Source: an uncultured archaeon
Lineage (GTDB): Archaea > Iainarchaeota > Iainarchaeia > Iainarchaeales > JAAZKV01
DNA: 57,345 nucleotides
Direction: 5' to 3'
Assembly (NCBI GenBank): GCA_902385225.1
Contig: CABMEU010000017.1
Coordinates: 1 to 57,345 of the forward strand
Shown here piece after piece: positions 37,987 to 46,439 of this stretch. Positions within the stretch are counted from its first letter, which is position 1, and each line of letters begins with the position of its first letter. The position numbers and the translations under genes were made by a program. The notes under the pieces were generated by a model. It was not told where the DNA came from. It worked only from the letters and a program-made list of their open reading frames with translations, and ran no database searches.

Positions 37987-38802
37987 ATGAAAGATTACTC
38001 AATTAATTCTCCCACCGCTTATTCGGTTGCGCGTTCGCGTGCGCTAAGCGATATTCCTCTTTCTAAGGAAATTGCTGATTGGGCGATGGAGCATGTTGTT
38101 GTTAGGAAGGATAATCTGGAGGCATTTCTTCCAAGAAGGGTGCTTAATGTTGAGGCGAGGTATAAACTAATTGATAAGGTAATTTCTAATCAAAATCCGA
38201 CCCAAATACTAGAACTTGCCTCAGGATTACTCCCAAGAGGATATTTAATGGCAACAAAGGGAGTGACTTTCGTTGAAACTGATTTACCCGAAATGATGGA
38301 AGTAAAGAAGAGGATGCTTAATGAGCTCTTACTAAAATCGCCTCCTACTTTGTTTCTTGAGAAAGCAAATGCCCTTAACCTAAAAGAATTAGAGGGCGCT
38401 TGTAAGCACTTCTCTAGTAAAGAGTCGCTCATAATAACTAATGAGGGGTTGCTGCGCTACCTGAATTTTGAGGAAAAAACAATTGTTGCTCAAAATGTTC
38501 ACACACTTTTAGAGAAATTTGGTGGAGTATGGATAACAAGCGACATAACACTCGCAAAGAGATTCACACCTGAAAGATTAAATAAAATCAAAAACAATAT
38601 TGGAATGGATATCACTCCAAACTTATTCAGGGACTTGAAGCACGCAAAAAAATTCTTTTCGGATTTGGGGTTCACACTCAAACTCCACCCATTCAAAGAA
38701 ATTTACTCCGAACTAGTTTCCCACAAGGGAAAAGAAATACCAAAAAAAGAACTCAAATACGCCCTGGCGTGGTACGTGGCGGAGATGAGGGTGAAGAAGT
38801 GA
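37987..38802 (+). CDS. SAM-dependent methyltransferase, leucine-carboxyl-methyltransferase-like
   Basis: SPTA..VA..R, EARY..ID, ILELASGL.PRG, ETDLP, NEGLLRYL, WITSD. Confidence 0.85.
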   Translation: MKDYSINSPTAYSVARSRALSDIPLSKEIADWAMEHVVVRKDNLEAFLPRRVLNVEARYKLIDKVISNQNPTQILELASGLLPRGYLMATKGVTFVETDLPEMMEVKKRMLNELLLKSPPTLFLEKANALNLKELEGACKHFSSKESLIITNEGLLRYLNFEEKTIVAQNVHTLLEKFGGVWITSDITLAKRFTPERLNKIKNNIGMDITPNLFRDLKHAKKFFSDLGFTLKLHPFKEIYSELVSHKGKEIPKKELKYALAWYVAEMRVKK

Positions 38803-38842
38803 CTCATTATGTTGGGCAGTCTTAACCTTTGTTAAAGACTTT

Positions 38843-39541
38843 TTAGCTGAGTGTGATGAAATCCTTTGTTACTGCCTCAACTTTGTCAATTGCCTCTTTG
38901 CAAACTTTTATCACATCAACATTAGTCCCTTGAAAATTTATTGTCACTATTTTGTTTATTGTTAATTTGTGTGTGGGAGGGGTGAATGCAGGAAGTTGAG
39001 TTGCTGGATTTATTGGCACCCCATTAATGCTTACTCCATTACCAAATCTAACCCCTGTGCGGCTCCAAGTTACTCCACCACCTGGGCCGTTAAATGAAAT
39101 TCTCTCATCAACTACTTTAATATCTTGTAAAGTCAATTTTCTGTGTTTCTCCCGATTTTCTTTTTGTATTTCACTTAACACACTATTTTTTGTATCAATG
39201 AATGGTTGGTGGGTAAGAAGTATATCATATACCTTTTGGTTGGCTGTGATTAACTTTTTGATCTCAGGCTTGTTTGTTTTCTCATCAAAACTTGGTTTGT
39301 CTTTGGCAATTGGGAAATAAAGGCTTGTGCTTTCAGGAAAACCCTTTGCTTCGGAATAAAGATTTATGCATTTGTCTAAGCAAACCCCTGCTTTTATTAG
39401 TGTTTCTTCGGTGAGTTCTGAAGCCCGTGTGCTAATGTTGCCTTTGTTAATGTCTTGTTCAAGTTGTGCTGTGAGCTCTTTGAAAAGTTCCTTGGCTCGA
39501 GAAATTTGGCTTTCAGCAGTTTTCTTTAGAAGTTCATTCAT
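38843..39541 (-). CDS. Hypothetical protein
   Basis: Long ORF with YFP, QPF and N.EKHR.L motifs; start of the AT-richer block. Confidence 0.65.
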   Translation of the reverse strand: MNELLKKTAESQISRAKELFKELTAQLEQDINKGNISTRASELTEETLIKAGVCLDKCINLYSEAKGFPESTSLYFPIAKDKPSFDEKTNKPEIKKLITANQKVYDILLTHQPFIDTKNSVLSEIQKENREKHRKLTLQDIKVVDERISFNGPGGGVTWSRTGVRFGNGVSINGVPINPATQLPAFTPPTHKLTINKIVTINFQGTNVDVIKVCKEAIDKVEAVTKDFITLS

Positions 39542-39718
39542 TTTCTCACTTTTCAATTTTTTTTAATTAAAAGTAAACATATTGTTTTAGTTTTTAATGA
39601 TGTCGGGAGTGTTTTGCCGCTGAAAAGCGAAGATCTAGTTTTGAAGAATATACTTGTTGTGAATGGGTTTAGGCGGTTAATTGAAAGGAATAAAAGGAGA
39701 TTTTGTTTGTATTTTTAC

Positions 39719-40225
39719 ATGTTTGATTTGATTGTGGCTGCTATTGGTGGTATAGGGGGGGCTATCGGCGCTATTGGAGGGGGATACACTCTTTATGAAA
39801 AATGGTATAAAAATAAACCGCGATTGGGATTTGAATTTGTAATTCATGGAACTGAAGTAAAGACCAATGGAAATCCTAGCGAGCCAGATAAGGGATATAC
39901 TGAAATTGCAGTTGCATTTGATATTGGAAATATTGGTGGGGAGTCTATTTCAATACATGAGATTAATTTGTATGCTAAAGAAGTGTTGCTTTTTCCAAAA
40001 TCTGCTTATGTTGATAGGAACTCTAGAGAGGTGTTGGGGTCATTTATTTTAAAAGCCGGAGAAATTAGAAATATTTTAATTACTTCAGGTGGTGGGGCGA
40101 GACCGTATTTTGGGAAACAGTTGGGTATAAAAATATCCGTTCATTATTTCCTTAAAGGGGTTAGTGTTGATAAATTCCTTGAAAAAGAATTAAACCTTGG
40201 AAATGAAATTTACCAAGTAATTTGA
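39719..40225 (+). CDS. Hypothetical protein with an N-terminal membrane anchor
   Basis: Gly-rich TM segment, then KPRL...NIG...ISI; AT-rich. Confidence 0.6.
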   Translation: MFDLIVAAIGGIGGAIGAIGGGYTLYEKWYKNKPRLGFEFVIHGTEVKTNGNPSEPDKGYTEIAVAFDIGNIGGESISIHEINLYAKEVLLFPKSAYVDRNSREVLGSFILKAGEIRNILITSGGGARPYFGKQLGIKISVHYFLKGVSVDKFLEKELNLGNEIYQVI

Positions 40226-40251
40226 TGAATAACTTTTCTTTGGAGGGTGAG

Positions 40252-41502
40252 TCATTTTTTTCTATGTTTGTTAGTCTCTTTTGTTTCTTGGTTGCTAGAA
40301 AGCATATTTAATGATCCTCCTATGAAGAGTACTGCCGTCACGATGCCAATTATGCTTTCGGCCAATGCAATTATTCGAATTATCGTGCCTTTTGGGAATA
40401 TGTCGCCGTAAGGTGAATTGAAAAAATTTGTTGCACTAAAGTAGTATGAACTAGTCTTCAAATTAAAAATATCTGGGTTTTGGATAAGACTTATATATGC
40501 CCCAGAGTTAGTGTCTATTTCTACTAGTTGGCCGCCCCCAGTAATTCCTTCACAAACTATGGTTGGTCTTGAATTACATTCGGAGAAAACATCAAATGCA
40601 AATCCAAAGAATGTGACTTCTATAATTGTGAATAAAATCAAGGATAAAATAAATGTTGGATATAAATTTTTACTCCTATTCAGGGCCAAATTGAATAGTT
40701 GGTAAAATAAAATAAATGTTGCGATTGAGGTTATTCCAAGACAAATTATTATGGCTTGCGCAAATTCTTGCTGGATGGGGAAAATAAATGCGATAAGTCC
40801 TAATAAAAAGAAGATTATGATTAGTATAAAATGCGTGTTTTCTGGATTTCCTAACCATTTTTCAATGTGTTTTATTTCCATTATATGTATAAAATTACTA
40901 AAATGGTGTTTTAAGTCTTTCTTTGCTTTGTCAAATCCGTTGAGCATTTTGCTAGTTAGTAACATTCCAGTCAGAAAGCAACCATAAACAATGCTTGTTG
41001 CACTTAATTTTGTAAAGGTCCCCAAATTTGGTATAAATGAAATGATGACGGCGATTCCTAACCCGATGATTGCTGTAGCCAAGTATGCCAAGCCAAATCT
41101 AAGTATTGCGTCTTGAGTATATTTTGGTCGTTGAATGCAAAGGTAAACCACTAAGAGAAAGATTGCAGTTGTGTATGTAAGTATTTCATTAGAAATATTT
41201 TCTAACTTTACGGTTATTAGCATGGGGGATATTATCCCAAAGAATAGTATTACTAAATTTATCCTTGGGTGTTTGAAAGTTAATCTGAAATTGATGTGTA
41301 GTAAATAGAAATAGATAAAGTATACAAAAGTGCTTATCAATAATGCATAGATGTTTGTTTCATTGGTCCAAAGAGTTAGGAAAACGGCGCCCAGCGCAAA
41401 TGGTATTAGGTAAGTGGCAAATGTTTGAACATCTTCTACACCAACTCTTTTGGTAAGGGTATTTCTTGTCCATATACTTTTGAGGGTTTTTGCTTTTTTC
41501 AT
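40252..41502 (-). CDS. Multi-TM protein with a C-terminal potassium-channel-like (Ion_trans_2) pore domain
   Basis: YYFSATNFFNSPYGDIFPKG..RIIALAESIIG after about 9 TM helices. Confidence 0.7.
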   Translation of the reverse strand: MKKAKTLKSIWTRNTLTKRVGVEDVQTFATYLIPFALGAVFLTLWTNETNIYALLISTFVYFIYFYLLHINFRLTFKHPRINLVILFFGIISPMLITVKLENISNEILTYTTAIFLLVVYLCIQRPKYTQDAILRFGLAYLATAIIGLGIAVIISFIPNLGTFTKLSATSIVYGCFLTGMLLTSKMLNGFDKAKKDLKHHFSNFIHIMEIKHIEKWLGNPENTHFILIIIFFLLGLIAFIFPIQQEFAQAIIICLGITSIATFILFYQLFNLALNRSKNLYPTFILSLILFTIIEVTFFGFAFDVFSECNSRPTIVCEGITGGGQLVEIDTNSGAYISLIQNPDIFNLKTSSYYFSATNFFNSPYGDIFPKGTIIRIIALAESIIGIVTAVLFIGGSLNMLSSNQETKETNKHRKK

Positions 41503-41558
41503 TCTAAATTACTTAATTTAACAATAGATTTTTAATACATAACTTGTGGGATTTATCT

Positions 41559-41870
41559 ATGCCTGAATGGGAATTTGATCAGCTTTGGATTTCTCCAGAG
41601 ATAAAGGAAAGGGTTTATGGGGGCAAGGGTGTCATTAGGCAATCTGGTACGGGTCTATTGGAAATTGTGGGCTTACATGCGGGGAATATTATGGCTCTGT
41701 TAGTGGGATTATTATTAATTATCTTGGGCGGGGTAGTAATGCGTTTGCCAAATTCTGCAATTTTAGAAGACAAAGTTGTCCCGCTTGGTCTTGGATTGGC
41801 TGTATTGAGTGTTGGGGTTTCTCTATTTTGGCCTGGGCTGCAAGGTTTAGAAAAATATTGGAATAAATGA
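41559..41870 (+). CDS. Small 2-TM membrane protein
   Basis: Two hydrophobic helices. Confidence 0.55.
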   Translation: MPEWEFDQLWISPEIKERVYGGKGVIRQSGTGLLEIVGLHAGNIMALLVGLLLIILGGVVMRLPNSAILEDKVVPLGLGLAVLSVGVSLFWPGLQGLEKYWNK

Positions 41871-42120
41871 TACATAACATTATTAACATTGCCTTGCCTT
41901 AAATTCATTATAGTTTTGACCAACGTTGGGCGCCTTTTTGTCTTAATCAGTATTGTACTCTCTCTCCACTTCTATCCGTCGTAACCCTATTTTTCCCAAC
42001 GTCAACTGACGTATCTTTTCGTTAAAACCCTTCAAATAGCCAATTTAACGCATTCTAGCGGTTTTTCGCGCCACGTTTTGCCCCACTTTTGCTTCGTTTT
42101 ACCCTATTTTTAACCTCGTT

Positions 42121-42148
42121 GTGCAGTATAATCATTCTTATCCTGCAA
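42121..42148. other. dif-like Xer recombination site
   Basis: GTGCAGTATAA-TCATTC-TTATCCTGCAA: 11-6-11 architecture with ATAA/TTAT inner ends and inverted TGCAG/CTGCA; lies in a 430-bp non-coding gap. Confidence 0.65.
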
Positions 42149-42300
42149 GTTTCCTAAGTAAAATACTGAAGAAAATGAAAAAGTGCCCTCAATAAGTTAG
42201 TAGTGGAAGCACGGCACCGTAGGGTGGCGCAAAGTGGCTTAAAAGTGGGTTTAGGGGCGAAAGGCTTAAATTGAAGAAAGGCGTTGGTTTGTGGGTTATT

Positions 42301-42663
42301 ATGACAAGCTTGAGAAGAAAGGCAATTAAGGCAAGGAGAAGCTGGAATAGGGTGTTAATGGAGGCCCAAACCGGGGAAGGCCCAACCTCTGCTTGGCAAA
42401 GCAGTAAAAGGACAAATGTAATTAATCGCCTTGATATTGCCCTAAAGAGGCGTTTTAGCGCAGAGAAACGCTTGCATTTATCCGGCATGCCTGCAAAAAA
42501 GGCAAAATTAGTGTGGGGCAAAAAGGAGTGGGATACTGGTGCTGGCGGCGAGCATAAATTAACCTATTTCAGTAAAGGGCACCAAAAGGCAGAACAACGA
42601 AGAGGGAAAGCGCAATTAAAACGAAGTAAAAGAGCGTTTGATAATGCGAGAAAATCCCTTTAA
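42301..42663 (+). CDS. Small basic orphan protein
   Basis: MTSLRRKAIKARR; very Arg/Lys-rich. Confidence 0.55.
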   Translation: MTSLRRKAIKARRSWNRVLMEAQTGEGPTSAWQSSKRTNVINRLDIALKRRFSAEKRLHLSGMPAKKAKLVWGKKEWDTGAGGEHKLTYFSKGHQKAEQRRGKAQLKRSKRAFDNARKSL

Positions 42664-42720
42664 GTAATAATTTGTTATGTATAAAGAAAGCCTTTTATTG
42701 TTCGGTGCCATAAACTTTGT

Positions 42721-42990
42721 ATGCCTGTGCCACGTTATAAGAAAGAGCAAAGAAATGCCTTAAGAGTAAAGAGAGAGCTAAATCCATTCTTTGCGGACCT
42801 ATTTCCTACAGATAAAGAAAGAATACAATTTGTCCGGACTGCGGCAAAATCAGCCCCATTTGATCCACTTAGAGTTAGCCCAAATAATGCTGGGGCCAAA
42901 TCATTGGCGGATAGAAACAAGTTAAAATTCATTCAAAGAGAACGTGTTGCGGGGCTGCTCGCGGCCAGAACAAGGGGCAAATTACCTTAA
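42721..42990 (+). CDS. Small basic orphan protein
   Basis: MPVPRYKK; TATA-like element upstream. Confidence 0.55.
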   Translation: MPVPRYKKEQRNALRVKRELNPFFADLFPTDKERIQFVRTAAKSAPFDPLRVSPNNAGAKSLADRNKLKFIQRERVAGLLAARTRGKLP

Positions 42991-43124
42991 AATCCATTTT
43001 TTCTTTTCTCGCCAAGGTTAGAAATGTCCTATATTTTGTGTAAAAATAAGTTGTTTGAAAGAATTGACTCTTGGTTATGTAGCCAAAAGAGGGGATTCTC
43101 TCTGTGGAATAATCTTTTTCCTTA

Positions 43125-43142
43125 AGACAATAATTATTGTCT
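43125..43142. repeat. Perfect 18-bp palindrome AGACAATAATTATTGTCT
   Basis: Seen directly, between convergent genes. Confidence 0.7.
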
Positions 43143-43192
43143 GCGGCGTTTATTTGCCTTTCTTGATTTAGTTGTTCTTTTAAGGAAACAAA

Positions 43193-43642
43193 TTATCTCC
43201 TCTTCACAAGCCCTCTCTTCCTGAGTATTCGGATTGTTTTTCTTCTCATGCTCCAAAATCTGCCGATTAGTGTTCCGGCAATTACACAGAAACCAAATGC
43301 CCCTGCTGCTGGACCGCTAACCCAAGCGCTGAATATTTGGGTTCGAAAAATCGCAAAAATCATGTAAATAACCAGAACAATTATTCCAATCCAATCCATT
43401 CGTGAAACAACTTTGTTGCTCTCCTCATGCCATGTTATGTTGAACATCCTTCCTGCAAAGAAGCCCACGAGTATTCCAATTAGTATTCCTGCGAGCGCGA
43501 GCGGAGCATTAATCGCCCCCATAAAAATATCATATGTAATTAACACAAGCAGAGCGAGAATTATAATGGCGAAGAGCGCCATGCGCATCCTTAATTTTCT
43601 GTCAACAAACCGCTTAACTATTTTGTGTCTTTTTGAAGGCAT
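43193..43642 (-). CDS. 4-TM membrane protein (DUF1453/CcdC-like)
   Basis: GILIGILVG...W......V....D..G......Y...R pattern. Confidence 0.65.
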   Translation of the reverse strand: MPSKRHKIVKRFVDRKLRMRMALFAIIILALLVLITYDIFMGAINAPLALAGILIGILVGFFAGRMFNITWHEESNKVVSRMDWIGIIVLVIYMIFAIFRTQIFSAWVSGPAAGAFGFCVIAGTLIGRFWSMRRKTIRILRKRGLVKRR

Positions 43643-43778
43643 TATGCATGTGTGTTTGGGTGTATATATAAAGTTTGGTTATTTATCTCAAAAAAACCGA
43701 TTTTTAGTTTGTGCAGTCTCAATAAAAATTTTTCGGTGCATAATTACCTAACGGAGGGATGTTTTGGGAGCTGAACTA

Positions 43779-43874
43779 ATGTGGTTTAGGTGCAAGTTCT
43801 GTGGATTATATTTTGACAGCAGCGAACTGCTGGAAAAGCACTTGATGGAAAGTCATGAATCATTTACTTATTAA
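43779..43874 (+). CDS. 31-aa single C2H2 zinc-finger microprotein
   Basis: MWFRCKFCGLYFDSSELLEKHLMESHESFTY fits F-x-C-x2-C-x3-F-x5-L-x2-H-x4-H; GGAGCTGA RBS. Confidence 0.75.
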   Translation: MWFRCKFCGLYFDSSELLEKHLMESHESFTY

Positions 43875-43970
43875 TACACAGATTACACTTTTTGGCGCAC
43901 TCATTAATGATTAAGGTGTTTTAGCCCCCAAGTAAATCCTTTTATTCTCAATTGTTCCTTCTAAAGTTAT

Positions 43971-44675
43971 ATGCCAAAAGAAAGTACAATTTCACTTGCC
44001 CTTGCTTCTCTTGATTATTTAAAGAAGAAAAAGGCGCCACTGTTTCTGACAACAAGCAACAGGTGGAAAGGAAGTCCAAATACGCCAAAGAGCACCGTAC
44101 TTGCAAAAGCATTCCAAAAGAAACTCCCAAAATCAACTTTGATTGATATTCCTTCTTTGAATATTTTCCCGTGCGAGGGCAATGTTTCCCAAGACGGGGG
44201 GAATGATTGCGGACCAAAGAGCTCTGCTCTAAAGGATAAGGCAAAGAATCCCACAGGAAATCACCGCTGCTGGGCAAGCATTAACAATAACAGCGATGAA
44301 CTTTGGAAAGTAAGTAAAGCGCTTTTTGCCTCTGACTGCGTTATATTCTTTGGCTCCGTGCGCTGGGGGCAGATGAATTCCTATTACCAGAAATTAATTG
44401 AGCGCTTAACTTGGCTTGAGAACCGCCACACTACTTTGGGTGAGGAAAACATTCTTGCGGGAATTGATGCAGGGATAATTGCGATTGGGCACAACTGGAA
44501 TGCGGGTGCGGTTGTTGAAACCCAAAAACAAGTCCTAAAATACTTCGGGTTTAATATTATTCCCGCGCTCTCTTGGGGCTACCAGTTCACAAAACCTGAT
44601 GATGAGACAAATGATTCTTATAAAAAAGCGGCGAAGGAATTTGGCGAGATACTTAAACAAGTGCAGAAAGTTTAG
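43971..44675 (+). CDS. NAD(P)H-dependent FMN reductase / iron-sulfur flavoprotein-like flavodoxin
   Basis: TTSNR..PKST, LNIFPCEG...C...C, D.VIFFGSVRWG, QKLIERL. Confidence 0.8.
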   Translation: MPKESTISLALASLDYLKKKKAPLFLTTSNRWKGSPNTPKSTVLAKAFQKKLPKSTLIDIPSLNIFPCEGNVSQDGGNDCGPKSSALKDKAKNPTGNHRCWASINNNSDELWKVSKALFASDCVIFFGSVRWGQMNSYYQKLIERLTWLENRHTTLGEENILAGIDAGIIAIGHNWNAGAVVETQKQVLKYFGFNIIPALSWGYQFTKPDDETNDSYKKAAKEFGEILKQVQKV

Positions 44676-44739
44676 CTTGGATGTGTGCTAATTTATTCCT
44701 TGTGCTTATTGAATATACTCTGTCCAAGTAATTGGTATC

Positions 44740-45621
44740 TCAACTGCAGGTGCACTGCATCCACTGGTATTGTGTAATCCAATTAGTGTTGCAGGTATAA
44801 TTGCCCCACATATCAAATCCGCAATCATACTGCGGTACAACTCCCGTTTCATCGCACATTTGGCAAGTGTATCCGTATCCGCCATAACTTAAGCAAGAGG
44901 TATTATTTGTCACCCAGCAGCGATTCTCGGGCCTGCAGTAAGTCATATTAGTATTTGTCTGTGTGCAATGCCAAAGAGGAGTAATGCAGGAACCATTTAT
45001 GCAGGTTTTTCCGCTGCCGCATGCGCAGTCAGCAGGGTCATTTGAGCAGTTCTCTCCGTATGCGGCCTCGCATACTCCGTTTCCGAATGGACAAGTGCAT
45101 TTCCAGCCAGTGGTTCCGCAGTAAGTAGTTGAGCTGATGTACCAAGTTGTGTAACTATTGTATCCTGAATGTGTGCACAAATAATATGGGGCTATGGATA
45201 AACTTGGATTTGCGCTGGTCACACAACTGCCAAGTCCCCCCATGCAGCTAGTGCAGGTGCCGCTTGTGGAAGATGTAATTGTGGAGCATGAACAATCAGC
45301 GGGGCAATTAGTGACAGATTCATTACTCTCACACACCCCGTTTCCGCACGCGACAGGGGCATATTTTTTTAGTGCCATTACTCCTGAAGAGGTTTTTATT
45401 CTGAATTTTGATGCATTTGTGTTTGCTGTATCAACGAGCAGTATCCCGAAATTTGTTCCATTTTTTGTGATTTTCAAGGCTGATGAATTTGCCGCTGCGT
45501 CGCAGGCGAATTTTACAATTGTGTTTCCGTCATATCCTCGCAGTCCGCAGTCAACTTCCGCCGCGAGCGAGAAGGACAGCAATAGAACAAACGCCATGCT
45601 AATTAAAATAATCTTTTTCAT
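44740..45621 (-). CDS. Secreted Cys-rich protein (paralog A)
   Basis: Signal peptide; AEVDCGLRGYDG...KFRIKTSSG.MALKKY domain; CGNGVCE...NC..DC repeats. Confidence 0.8.
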   Translation of the reverse strand: MKKIILISMAFVLLLSFSLAAEVDCGLRGYDGNTIVKFACDAAANSSALKITKNGTNFGILLVDTANTNASKFRIKTSSGVMALKKYAPVACGNGVCESNESVTNCPADCSCSTITSSTSGTCTSCMGGLGSCVTSANPSLSIAPYYLCTHSGYNSYTTWYISSTTYCGTTGWKCTCPFGNGVCEAAYGENCSNDPADCACGSGKTCINGSCITPLWHCTQTNTNMTYCRPENRCWVTNNTSCLSYGGYGYTCQMCDETGVVPQYDCGFDMWGNYTCNTNWITQYQWMQCTCS

Positions 45622-45681
45622 AAACCCATTTCCCAATAATTAAAACTAGATAATAATCAACTCGCCTTAATTAAAGTATCT

Positions 45682-46401
45682 TTAAGCGCAGTAACATTGA
45701 TACTGGTTGTAATTAGTTACATATGTGTAAGTGCATGTCCACTGCATTGTCCAATAATCAATTCCGCATACCATTTCCGGGTACATTCCGCCGTACTCGC
45801 ACACTACTTGGTTGTATGGGTAAAACACATAACCTTGGCTCGCATTGTATGAGTATGGGCAGGAGCCGTACGGGCGTGAAGTTCCCGCCCCGGAGCACTG
45901 CCACCACTGCGTAGAGGAGAATGTTCCCGAGTAGTAGCAGGTCCATTGCGGGATGAATGCGCATGTTCCCAAACTGCATACCCTTCCTCCGGTGCATCCG
46001 CAGTCTCCTCCGCATGTTAGGCATGTTTCTCCGTTGTTGCATACTCCGTCGCCGCAGTATGCGCATGACCCGCAGTCACTTGTGCAAGTTGAGCAGTTCT
46101 CTCCAATCCCCGCTTCACATGTTCCGTTTCCGCACGGAGCATATTTTTTTAGCGCCATTATTCCAGTGGAGGTTTTTATTCTGAATTTTGATGCATTTGT
46201 GTTCGTTGTGCTGACAAGAGGGATGCCATAAGTTACGCCTGTTTTGTTTATCTTTAGTGATGAAGATCCTGTTGCTATGTCGCATGCAAAATGTATTATT
46301 GTGTTTCCATCATATCCTCGCAGTCCGCAGTCAACTTCCGCGGCAAGCGAGAATGTTAATAGGAGGACTAACGCCATGCCAAGCAAAAAGTAATTCTTCA
46401 C
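45682..46401 (-). CDS. Secreted Cys-rich protein (paralog B)
   Basis: N-domain nearly identical to paralog A; CGNG/CGDG repeats; aromatic Cys-rich tip. Confidence 0.8.
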   Translation of the reverse strand: MKNYFLLGMALVLLLTFSLAAEVDCGLRGYDGNTIIHFACDIATGSSSLKINKTGVTYGIPLVSTTNTNASKFRIKTSTGIMALKKYAPCGNGTCEAGIGENCSTCTSDCGSCAYCGDGVCNNGETCLTCGGDCGCTGGRVCSLGTCAFIPQWTCYYSGTFSSTQWWQCSGAGTSRPYGSCPYSYNASQGYVFYPYNQVVCEYGGMYPEMVCGIDYWTMQWTCTYTYVTNYNQYQCYCA

Positions 46402-46439
46402 AACACTAACCTCAATAATAAAAAGATCAAATTAAACTT

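Larger units (their letters stand above)
33054..38823 (+). repeat. Dispersed intergenic direct repeat, consensus GACTCACTTTSTTGGACACTTTTT (5 copies)
   Basis: 33054-33077 and 34724-34747 are identical over 24 bp; 36920-36939, 37923-37942 and 38801-38823 are degenerate copies; each lies directly after a stop codon. Confidence 0.85.

Noticed and set aside
33054..38823. CRISPR array or canonical attC sites
   Set aside because: The repeats are separated by whole genes rather than 30-40-nt spacers, there are no cas genes, and there is no RYYYAAC...GTTRRRY long hairpin.
44740..46401. Diversity-generating retroelement VR/TR pair
   Set aside because: Differences between the paralog 3' ends are not adenine-restricted and include an indel, and there is no reverse transcriptase in the window.
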